Made by a program: the position numbers and the translations under genes
From: Callorhinchus milii
Lineage: Eukaryota
Direction: 5' to 3'
Assembly (NCBI RefSeq): GCF_018977255.1
Contig: NW_024704812.1
Coordinates: 62,001 to 126,000, forward strand
Length of the DNA stretch: 64,000 bases
Shown: piece by piece, positions 23,837 through 35,301 of the stretch
Position numbering within the stretch: the first letter of the stretch is position 1
Layout: every line of letters starts with the position of its first letter
The notes under the pieces: generated by a model
What the model saw: the letters and a program-made list of their open reading frames with translations, nothing else
Told to the model about the DNA's origin: nothing
The model's database searches: none

Positions 23837-25003
23837 CTACTTCCTGGTGCCATTACGACGTAAATTGTGATAAATATCTTTTTGGTGCTTTCCAAGGTCC
23901 TGAAACACAATGCAGATCGGACAGACCATTACTAACAACAACATTTTATACGGAACCTTTCACATCAGGAGGACGTCCCAAGGACCTGGAGAGTCAGGGA
24001 TTTGGATCTGAGCTGTGGGTTGGGATCAGGACGGGGTGGATGGTGGCGAGGGAGGGGTTAGGAAGGTGACCAGGTTGAGGAGGAAAGTCTTGTGACAGGC
24101 CTTGAAGGAGGTGAGGGAGTGATGAGGTGGGATGGAGGGACTGTGGGATGGAGTTCCAGAGGGTGGGGCAGAGTAACTGAAGGCCCAACCGATGGTGGGG
24201 CAGGTGAGGCGGGGGATGTGAAGCAGGCCGGAGCCCGCTGAGCAGAGAGAGCGGACAGGTTGTTAGGGGGTATGGGGAGCTGCAGAGTTAGTTCTGGATG
24301 ATCTGCAGTTTGTAGAGGGAGGCGTTGGGGAGGCCGACAAGCAGGGAGTGGGCAAAGTCAAGCCTGTTTGTGGTGAACACATGGATGAGGGCCTCGGTGG
24401 CCTGCGGTGAGAGACAGTGGCGGAGCCGGGCAATATGGCGGAGGTGGGGAAGGCATAGCAGGTCATGGTATGGATGAGGGGATGAAGGACAGTTTAGGGT
24501 CGTAAAGGACAGAGGTGGGACAGCAAGAGACTGAGCCGGGCTGACACACTGTCCGTGTCAGCCATTTGTTTCCTCACCATGTAAGGGCCTGAATCCTTCT
24601 GGGAGACATTGGCAGAGGAAGCCTAAAATATAACCAAACACAGTTTAGCTATTCATTAGCAATGTCGTTAGCAGTAAATAATAATAACCATTGCATTTCA
24701 TACAGTGCCTTATCACGTCTTCATAACATCTCAAAGCGCTTCACAGGATACACGGTAAAGAGTAGTGACTGTGTGGTTTCATAATAATAATTGTTGCATT
24801 TGATACAGTGCCTTATCACGTCTTTGAGTCGTATCAAAGGGGAGCCAATTGCCTAAGGTTTTGCCCTGTCCGGGAAACAAAACCGGATCCTCTCGCTTGA
24901 GAGGCGAGGACTCTAACCACTGAGCTACAGGACTGCACAGGACTTACTCTGACATCAATGGTCTCGTAGTATGGTTCACCCTCTGTCTCTTGCTGTGTTT
25001 TGG
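23837..25003 (-). CDS. g3 cytoplasmic exons Cyt1-3 encoding YETI plus the ITAM YMDL-x7-YHNL
   Basis: Exons of 56 nt (phase 1-0), 45 nt (0-0) and 63 nt (0-stop TAG), each with a pyrimidine-rich ag acceptor; the first two end in gtaagt/gtgagg donors. Confidence 0.85.
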
Positions 25004-28000
25004 CTGGAAAATAAACAACAACTTGTTTATTCAAAGGCACAGCCTCTGATGGTGGGATGGAGGGAACGAGGGACAAATAGGAGGCCGGTGTGGGGGCGGT
25101 TGGGGGTGAGCAGGTCGGAGAGGTAGGGAGGTGCCAGGGTATGAAGGGGTTTGAAAACGGGTGAGAGGATCTTGAAATCGTAGAAAATCTTGAAAATAAA
25201 CAAGAGTTTGGTGCTGAACCGGTGAACTTGGAGAGAAACGGAGAGGGAGGGACTGACAGAGAGAGAGAAAGTCAAAGGAGGAATGATTGATAGCGAGAGG
25301 GGGAGATGGATGGATAGAGACTGACAGGGAGTGAGATGGAGGGTGATAGAGAGAGAGGGGTAAAAACTGATAGAAAAGAGTGGGTGAAATGGAGAGGGAG
25401 AGACTGAGAGTGATGGAGGGTGATAGAGAGAAGGGGTAGAGACTGATAGAAAAGAGAGGGTGAAATGGAGGGGGAGAGGCTGATAGAGAGAGAGAGACAA
25501 AGTGGGAGAGACTGATAGTGAAAGAGAGTGAGATGGAGGGGCTAGAGACAGATAGAGAGAGACGGAGGGGTAGAGACTGACAGAGAGAGAGGACAGTGAG
25601 AGGGTGAGTGGCTGAGGGGGGTCTGGGCTGGTATATAAACAACAGAACATGAAGGTGAAAGGTTTTCCTGTGTATATACGGCCTCACCTTCCTTACGTTT
25701 CCTGTAAACGTACAACACAGCGAGTGTTGCAATGACCACCACAGCCACAGCCCCCACTATTGTCCCCACTATCAGGGCCACATTCACTGCGGAGAGAAAC
25801 ACCTTCACTGTCTCTCTATTAGATTATACTCTCGTAACATAGAGACCACAGCACAGACCTCATGTAAATCACATCAATCCTCGCATTTGATACAGCGCCT
25901 TATCACGTCGTTGTAAAATGTAGTAACTGTGTATTTTTTGGGCGGAACACAGCAGCCAATTGCGCACAGCGGTGACCCACAAACAGTTGTGGATTGATTG
26001 ACCAGATTTTTTGTTTTTTTGGAGGATTATGACCCCAGAAAGTGAACCGTCAATTGACTAACAGCGGGTTCCTACCTACTGCTGATAAACAGAGGTGCAC
26101 ATCTGTGTGTGTATGTGTGTCTGCGTGTGTGTGTTTGTGTGTGTGTGTGTCTGTGGGTGTTGTCTGCGGTGGGGTCTATATGTCTGTCTGTGAGTTTGTG
26201 TGTGTCTGTGACTGTGTAAGTGTGTGTGTGTGTGTGTGTGTCTGTGTGTGTGTCAACATATCATAACTTACCTCCGCCTTTCAAAGTCACGTCAAATTGG
26301 AAGAAGTTCTCTCCCATTGCGTTAGTGACATGGCATTGATATGTGCCCTGATCGGTTGCCTGGAATTTACTGATGAGCAGTTTAGAGAAGGTCGGTCCTG
26401 AGGTGATGTTGAACTTGCCGTCAGAGCCAGTGATGGAGTTGTCTTCCTTCGACCATGTAAAGTGTGCGGGCAGCAGGCCAGGGTCTGACACCCGCACTGT
26501 GTCTGTCAGTGACACGTCTAAGGTCACATCTGCCTCCTTCCCCACTTCCACCTGAGGCTCAGACCCTGACGCTCTCTGGGGTTTATCTGTGTAACAGCAC
26601 AGATGGTGTTCAGCAAAACAGCAACACAGTCACCCCAACAGTCAGTAGGAATAATAATAATCCTCCCGTTTGATACAGCGCCTTATCACGCCATCGAGAC
26701 ATCTTAAATCCCATCTAAAGACCTTCCTCTTCGACCAACCGCACCTTCAGCCACCCTCCCACCCCCAACCACCACCACCCCCTGCCCTCCACCCTCCTGA
26801 CCCCAACTCCTAGCTCAGGTCCAAAACCCAGACTATGCAGCGTCCCGGACGTGTTTGCGACGTGAAGGGCGCTTATACAAGTGTAATTTGTCATCGTTGT
26901 TGTTGTTCAGCCCTCAAGTCCTCACCAATGACTATAGAGCATTGACTGTCAGAGACAATATGGCGTCCAACACATGTGAAGATCTCTCGGGAGCTGAGCT
27001 GATCCTTTGTGATGGTGACATTCCCCTCGTTTGTCGCATTGACAATCGTCTGTCCAACCTTCAGCTGAAGGACAGAGTCTGCACCCCACCACCCCAGGAG
27101 CACATCACACCAATGCTGTTCCTTTATCTGGCTGCTCCGCATGTGATCTGCTGTGTGGGAGCCCCTTGAACAAGGCAAAGACAAACCAGTCCGTTATTGG
27201 CTCCACCTTGAGTTGTCCCCACCCTCGCCCGGCTCCACTGGCTCCCAATCCCTCAGAGGATACAGTTCAAGATCCTGGTGCTCAGCTTTAAAGCCCTCCA
27301 TGGCATCACTCCTCCCTCCCTACCTCTGTGACCTCCTAATCCCTGACCACCGGTCCGCTCCCTCTGCTTAGCGGGCTCCGGCCTGCTCCATGTTCCCCGC
27401 CCGCCCATCCCCTTAAGCCTCTCTGCCCCCACCCTCTGAAACTCCCACAATCCCTCTGCCACGCCTCCCTCACCTCCTTCAAAACCTATCTCAAGATCCT
27501 CCTCTTCGACAGACCGTGCTTTCAGTCACCCTCCTACACCCATCTCCCTGCCCTCCAACCCTCCTGATAGCAACCCCAGCTCAGATGTGGGTCCCTGACT
27601 GTCCAGCGCCTTGAGACATCCTCCTGACGTGAAAGCCACTGTGTAAATGCCATGTGTTGTTATTTAGACAGTGCCAATTTTGACTGAGATCTAACTCACT
27701 GTACACGAGGATTGAAACCTTCTCCGGTGTGGCTAATCGTGGTGTAATCATTCTTCACATTGCAAGTGTAATCCCCGCTGTTGTTGAACGTGAGGCTCTC
27801 TATAGGCAGCTGTGAGGTGTTGCCGGCAATGACTGTGGTGTTATGCGTCCACCTGTAGTTACACTCTGGGAACATTTCGTCTGACAGTTGAGCGTCACTA
27901 AATCTCCCTCCTTCCCACAGTACTGTCCTGGGACCAAACTGTCACATATCACCTGCCACTCATATATACTGTGGGTGGATCAGGGCCATCTGAAGAAAAA

Positions 28001-31000
28001 CATTAAGTGATGACATAGATAGATAAATGGATGGCAGATGATAGTGTGAGAGAAACAGCCTTTTTACATGTATCACAGGACTCCGACTGTTTGTGGGTCC
28101 CTCCTGTGCGCAATTGGCTTGCCGTCCCCCGACCCACCCACCCCACCATTGGCGGGAGAGCCTTCAGCCACTCTGCCCCAACCTCTGTAATCCTATCCCC
28201 CAGTCATTCCGCTTCACGCCCTCCTTAGCCTCCTTCAAGTCACGCCTCAAGACCCTCCTCTTCGACCATGCCATCGGCCATCCCCCTTCCCCGCCCCTCC
28301 TTCTCCCCCCGTGACTCCAGCTCGGGTCTGAAATGCTGTCATGTCCAGTGCCTTGGGACATCCTCCCGATGTGAAAGACGCTATACAAATGTAATCCTGT
28401 TGTTGTTGTTGTGTTTCACCCATAAAATATACAGTCAATTCACTTTACAGTATATTCTGTGAAGTGATTTGAGACGTGAGGAGGTGTTTTTTTTGGAGGG
28501 GTTAATACATTCGGAAAAGTGATCGGCAATCGACTAACAAGGGTTTCCGCTTACTGTTAGGTAAACAACAAAATACAACAACAATAATATTACATTTATA
28601 GAGCGTCCTTAACGTCGGGAGGACGTCCCAAGACATTGGCGCTGCTAAACAGTGGGGTGTATGTGTGTGGGGGGGTGGGGGTGGGGGCGAGTGTTGGGTG
28701 GAGTAATGTACCTGCCTAAGCTTTCGTCCTGACCCGCCCGGGAATCAAACCCAGGTCCTCTCGCTTGATAAGGCGATATATCAAGTGCAAGAATGATTAT
28801 TATTCTGATGATCATGACTATGATCATTATTATTGTTATTATCTTTACTGTTATTGCAGCTCAGGTCACGTGAGGCTGACTTTGGGTCATGGAGTTTAAA
28901 GCGAGTCGGGGTTCCTGCTCCTGGTCCCTAAACTCCCTCTCGGGCTCAGGTGTGTGTGTTGCAGTCTAGTGAGGAGATTAGGTTTGTCTGTGGGGCCCTC
29001 TACAGTCAAGTGGCCGATTGACACTCAGATAGTGATGGGATCTTTAACCTGAACAGGCAGATAGTTTAACGTCTCATCCAAACAGCGGCTCTTCAATGAT
29101 AATAACAATAGTGGAGTCCTGTTGCTCAATGGTTAGAGCATTTGCCTCGTAAGTGAACTTGAGTTCAATTCCATCAGGGTCGAATGCTTGGGCAAGTTTC
29201 CTTACTCCACACGCCTGATAATAAACCCTCCAGAAAGAAACTAATAGTAAATTGGTCACTTCAATCCACGGCTGTTTTGGGACGACGCTGTGTGCAATTG
29301 TGTTTCACCCACAAATATACAGTCAATTCACTTTACAATATATTCTGTGAAGCATTTTGAGATGTCTCAAAGACGTAAAGAGCGGGCATCAAATGAAAGG
29401 TTTATTATATTATTTATAGGGCAAAACATTGGGCAAGTTTCCTTACTCCGCACGCCTCTGTTTACCTCGCAGTGTGTGGGGACCCAGTTGTTAGTCGACT
29501 GATGGATCGCTTTTCCGAGGGTAAAAATTCCTTCAAAAAATAATATTAATGAATTGGTCCCTGAATCCCCAACTGTTTGTGGGACACTGCTGTGTGCAAT
29601 TGGTTGACATTTTATGGAGTGGTTATTACCTCCAGAAAGTGATCCGGCAATGAACTGACAAGTAGGTTCATACTTACTGCAGGTCAGCAGAGCCATGTCT
29701 ATGTGTGTTTCTATGAGTGGAGGACTATATGAGTTCCAAGTGCTGACGTGAGGCTTGAACCCACAACCTTCTGACTTATAGAGAGCTGAGCCAGGCTGGA
29801 ACAAGTAGGGATATACGTGGGCCAACTGCACTGTCCTGTTCAGCTCACGTTGATCTGGTTTTAACACAACAGCAAATATACTCACAGTTATCACCAGCTT
29901 CACTGGTTTGCTGCTGTCACTGTTCACCGGGTTACTGGCCGCGCAGATAAACCCTCCACTGTCGTTCCTGTGTACGGGGCTGATTGTCAGAGTGCTATTA
30001 GCTGCAGACAGTGTGTAACGTGGGGTTACAGGTAACGGGTGTCCATCCAGTGCCCAGGAATAGGTGGGGAACAATCCCATCACTGTACACCTCAATGTCG
30101 TTGTGTCTTTATTCTCGATAAATATCTCCTTGTCTGGACTCAGGCTGATGCTCACATTGGACAGCAGAGCTGTAAGATACGGATTTACTTTACTTAACAC
30201 AAAGCTGTTCTGCTTCAGTTCAAGATCCTGGTCCTCACCTTCAATGTCCTCTACAACCTCACTCCTCTCTCCTTACCTCCGCTCCCTCTGCTCAGCGGGC
30301 TCCGGCCTGCTTCATGCCCCCGCCCACCTGCCCCACCATCAGCGGTTGGGCCTTCAGCCTCTCTGCCCCAATCCACGACTGTTTGTGGGACACTGCTGTG
30401 TGCAATTGGCTGCAGAGTTTCGCCCACAAAATAGACCGGCAATTCACTTTACAGTATATCGTCCCAAAATACATCACTTTGCACTTCTCCACATTAAACT
30501 TCATCATGTCTGCCCATGTTACCAGTCTGTCTATGTCCTCTTGCAGTCTGTTACTCTCCTCCTCACTGTTTACTACTTTTCTTAGCTTAGTATCATGTGT
30601 GTGGCTCCTGATCTCACACACACTAAACTCTGTACCCCAGTCCTGCCCAGGCTCCAAACTTGGCAATTGTGCTCTCTATACCCAAGTCCAGGCCACCTTA
30701 AAGACCCATTTCAAGGCCTTCCTCTTCGACCGGCCATGCCTCCAGTCATCCTTCTATTCCAACCCTACCCGCCCTCCACCCCTCCTTATCCCAACCCCCA
30801 CCTCGAGTGCGGATCCCTGACTATCCAGTGCCTTGGGACGTCGTCCTGATATGAAAGCCACTGTTGTTGTTTACACCATGACATTTTTGACTGAGATAAC
30901 TAACTCACTGTACACGAGGATTGAAACCTTCTCCGTGCGGCTAATCGTGGTGTAATCATTCTTCACATTGCAAGTGTAATCCCCGCTGTTGTTGAACGTG

Positions 31001-34000
31001 AGGCTCTCTATAGGCAGCTGTGAGGTGTTGCCGGCAATGACTGTGGTTTATGTGTCCACCTGTAGTTACACTCTGGGAAACATTTCGTCTGACAGTTGAG
31101 GGTCATCAAATCTCCCTCCTTCCCACAGTACTGTCCTGGGACCAAACTGTCACATATCACCTGCCCACTCACAATAAAGGTGAGTGGATCAGGGCCATCT
31201 GAAAGAAAAAGCATTAAACTATGACACAGATAGATAAATGGGATGGCAGATGATAGTGTGAGAGAAACAGTCTTTTTACATGTATCACAGACCTCTGACT
31301 GTTTGTGGGTCGCTGCTGTGTGCAATTGGCTGCTGCGTTTTGCTCATAACATATACAGTCAATTCACTTTACAGTATATTCTGTGAAGCGTTTCAGTCGT
31401 CCAGAAGATGTGAAAAGCACTGTTATCAAATGCAAGGATTATTATATTATTGATAGAGCAAAACGTCGGCCAAGTTTCTCTCCTCCCAAACACACCCTCT
31501 GTTTACTGAGCAGTAATTAGGAACCCGGTTATTAGTCGATTGGTGAGAATCAAACCAAAGTCCTCCCACTTGCGAGGTGAGGGCTCCAACCACTACAGGA
31601 CCCCACTGTTTGTTCCTCTATTCACAGCATCAAACCCCAATGTAGAATATTCCAGCATTGCATTGGAGCTTCAGTCTGGACTACATGAGTTCCAAGTACT
31701 GACGTGAACCCACAACCTTCTGACTTATAGAGAGCTGAGCCAGCTGAACAAGTAGGGATATACGTGGGCCAACTGCACTGTCCTGTTCAGCCTCACGTTG
31801 ATCTGGTTTTAACACAACAGCAAATATACTCACAAGTTATCACCAGCTTCACTGGTTTAACTGCTGTCACTGCCCACCAGGTGACTGGCCGTGCAGATAA
31901 ACCCTCCACTGTCGCTCCTGTGTACGGGGTGATTGTCAGAGTGCTATTATCTGCAGACAGTGTGTAACGTGGGGTTACAGGTAACGGTGTCCATCCAGTG
32001 CCCAGGAATAGGTGGGGAACGATCCCATTGCTGTACATCTTAGTGTCACTGTGTCTTTATTCTCGATAAATATCTCCTTGTCTGGACTCAGACTGATGCT
32101 CACATTGGACACCGGAGCTGTAAGATAACGCGTTTCATTTCATTCAGAAACTTGTTCAGATTCACTTCACTGACACAAACTTGTTCGGAGTCACTTTGCT
32201 GAACCCTACACTTTATTTCTGACGCTGTTTGTTATGATTCACTGTTTATTCAGGTCTCAGTCTGGCTCATTTGGTAGCACAATGTTATGGTTTAAAGCCC
32301 CACTCTTGGAGCTCACAGTCCAGGTTTATTGGCTTAATGAATGAAATGAAATGGGCCCGGGGGCCGGATGCGGCCCGTGGGCCACCAGTTGGCCCACCCT
32401 GCTCTCCCGATGCTCTGAAGCCAGGGTGGCTGCCGTGGGCCGGATTCCCCTATTTGTCAAAGATCCACGAGCCACATCCAACCTGAGGCCATTTCCACTC
32501 CCTCCCTCCCTCCCTCCCTGGTCAGCGGCAGGAGCTGATGGTTGGGAAGACCCAGCGACCAGAGCCTTTACTGCAGTCTTCAAGGAGAGCAAGCAAATAC
32601 GTCGCTGTTCCTCACACTCCCCCTCCCTCTCCCCCCCTCCCTCTCTCTGCCCCCACTCTTTTTCACTCCCCTCTCTCCCCCCTCTCTTTCTCCCCCCCCC
32701 TCCCTTGCTCCCAAGATCCACTGGCACTTGCCTGGCTTTCCTATCACACACTAAACTCTGTAACCCATCACCCCCGCCCTCACCAGACCCCACTGGCTCC
32801 TTAATCACACACTAAACTCTGTACCCCATCACCTGAGCCCTCGCCAGGCCCCACTGGGTCCCTATCACACACTATACTCTGTACCCCATCACCTCCGCCC
32901 TCGCCCCCGCCCTCGCCAGGCCCCACTGGCTCCCTATCACACACTAAACTCTGTACCCCATCACCCCCGCCCTCGCCAGGCCCCACTGGCTCCCTATCAC
33001 ACACTAAACTCTGTACCCCATCACCCCCGCCCTCGCCAGGCCCCACTGGCTCCCTATCACACACTAAACTCTGTACCCCATCACCCCCGCCCTCGCCAGG
33101 CTCCACTGTTTCCGTATCACCAAACAGATCGATTTTGAGATCATCTCACTCGTTTTCAAATCCCTTCATGCCATGGTACTGCCCTAAACTCTCCGACCTG
33201 CTCACCCACCCACTGCACTCTCGGTGCCTCCTCTTGGCTGGTTCCATCCTTGTCTTGTTTTTCCCTCGTCCCCTCCACTCCACCATCAATGGCTGTGTCT
33301 TCAGCCACTGCGTCACTTTCTCCCTCAATCCCAACGCCTCGCCCCTCCCTCCCCACCTTCAAATCGCACCTAAAGACCTTCCATTTTGATCGTGTTTACA
33401 GTCACCGCCTTCCTCTCCCTCTCCCCCCCCGGGTCGGGGTCAGACTCGGCCCCTGCAAAGTGCTCCGGGACACTCCGCGTGAAGGGCGCTGTTGTTGTTA
33501 CTCACTGTGAACACGCAGTTGTAAATCTGCTGAGGCTGCTCCGAGATTAAGTCAAACACAGACACTGAGTACGAACCGGAATCAGCCGGAGTCACTGGTG
33601 TCCAGACGTAGAGTGGCATTGTTGGGGTAAGCTCAGCCCGACCCTGGTAGTCTCCATAGTACTTCACTGCTGTTCCTTTGCTGATGCGATTGTGGAGCTG
33701 GTGTGACTTTCCATATTATACTAAAATTTCCCAGTTTCACTGGGCATTACCAGGAAGTACACAGATAGTCCGGCTGTGGCTTCTATCTGACTCTCAGTGA
33801 CGGTCAGACTGAAAGCTCCCACCTGCTCTGTAATACAAAACACACACAACAGTCAATCACCAAATATCACAATGTAATAATAATATTCATCCTTGCATTT
33901 GATCTCGCGTCTTATCACGTCTTTGAGATGTCTCAAAGCGCTTCACAGAATTACTGTAAGGTGAATTGACTATATTTGTGGACAAAAGTTTTGAAGGAAT

Positions 34001-35112
34001 TATTACCCCCAGAAAAGCAATCCGCCAATCGACTAACAACCAGGTTTCTACTTACTTCTGATAAACAGAGGCGTGTGGGTACGTGTGAAGTAAGGAAACT
34101 TGCCCAACGTTTCCCCCAGAGGGGAAGCGAACCCAGATCTCTCACTTACAAGGTGAGCGCTCTTACCACTGAACTACAGAACTGCACAATTCAGAAAATG
34201 TCATTTGTTTAAGATGAAGATAGATTTAGATAGATTTCTGCTAGAAAATAATAGCTTGGGATACAGTAGATAGACCCACAGATACACACAGAAAGACATA
34301 GAGAGAGAGGAGACAGACACATACACACACACCGAGACAGAGACACACACACAGAGGCAGAGAGAGGTACCATTTGTGTAGCGACTTTCACATCGGGAGG
34401 ATATCTCATAGATAGACACACTCACAGACACAGAGAGACACTCACACACATAGAGAGACACACACAGGCACATCCACAAACACACAGAGAAGGAGACACA
34501 GACACACAACAACGCACAGACACTCACAAACAGAGAGATACACAGACAAACAGACACTCACAAACAGAGAGATACACAGACAAACAGAGACACACATAGA
34601 CACTCACAAATGCATATAGAGAGACACACACACACTCATACAACGCGGACACGGAGACACACACACACACACTCACAAACTGAGAGAAACACACACACTC
34701 CCAAACAGAGACACAGACACACACACTGAGAGACAGAACACAGACACACACACAGAGAGACACATACACTTAGACACACAGAGAGACACATACAGAAAGA
34801 CATAGATACACGCGGATAGATAGAGAAACATACCGAGAGACAGACACCCCCCAGATAATCACACACACACACACACAGACTGAGACATACACTGTGAGAC
34901 AGACACACACATCCAGACAGAGATATATATACACACACACACAGTGGGAGACACACACAGTATATAGTTTGGGACATGTCGAACGACTGCCAGGACGGTG
35001 GGAGATGAACGAGATGGACCTTTGCTTATGTTGTTACCAGTAACTCACCCAAATTAGTGACCAGAATGAGCAGAGCAGCCACCAACATCCTCGCGGCTGG
35101 AAACCACCACAT
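23837..35112 (-). CDS. g3: 7-Ig ITAM-bearing CEACAM/VSIG10L-like receptor (V-C1-C2-C1'-C2'-C3-C4-TM-tail); many 1-bp indels as assembled
   Basis: Exons: leader 35112-35049; V 33827-33506; C1 32117-31834; C2 31198-30909; C1' 30169-29886; C2' 27989-27700; C3 27164-26926; C4 26586-26272; TM 25786-25688; Cyt1 25003-24948; Cyt2 24622-24578; Cyt3 23899-23837. V to C3 are each 1-2 nt short of paralog length; C4, TM and tail are intact. Confidence 0.75.
25688..25786 (-). CDS. g3 TM exon ([33 protein letters not shown])
   Basis: tttctctccgcag| acceptor, G|gtgagg donor, 99 nt; hydrophobic span followed by basic stop-transfer RKRK. Confidence 0.9.
30460..30605 (-). mobile_element. CR1 RT internal fragment (copy at 58840-58985)
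   Basis: [42 protein letters not shown]. Confidence 0.8.
32350..32402 (-). mobile_element. hAT/Charlie-like DNA transposon terminus (copies at 18185-18215, 47890-47940, 60735-60785)
   Basis: Reverse complement CAGGGTGGGCCAACTGGTGGCCCACGGGCCGCATCCGGCCC resembles hAT-Charlie terminal sequence. Confidence 0.55.
32742..33120 (+). repeat. 60-bp VNTR, about 6 units (about 5 units at 61129-61434; about 2 at 18620-18760)
   Basis: Unit tcacacactaaactctgtaccccatcacccccgccctcgccaggccccactggctcccta. Confidence 0.9.
33506..33827 (-). CDS. g3 IgV exon (near-identical to the g5 V, six single-base indels)
   Basis: Aligns to 61822-62145 with very few substitutions; 322 vs 324 nt. Confidence 0.7.
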
Positions 35113-35241
35113 ATACACGTTAGGGAGAGAGACAGAGACAAACTGAATATGGGCTGTCACCTGAACGCAGGGCAGAGTCTGCTGTTAATCATTACTGTTA
35201 CTGTAGGAGACCCTGACACTGGCTCTAATGGCACCCGGTGC

Positions 35242-35301
35242 ACTTTCACTTTGTCAGGAATTAATATGTTAATTTATGAGATAAATAGATTTACTTCCTG
35301 T
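35242..35301 (-). promoter_or_regulatory. g3 proximal promoter IRF/GATA/ETS motifs
   Basis: actttcacttt at 35242-35252; acttcctgt at 35293-35301. Confidence 0.5.

Noticed and set aside
24948-25003. ITIM call for PYYETI
   Set aside because: The Y-2 residue is P (or E for the first Tyr), not I/V/L/S; treated as a generic SH2-docking tyrosine.
32742-33120. CRISPR-like array
   Set aside because: Contiguous tandem units with no unique spacers, no cas genes, and a eukaryotic context.
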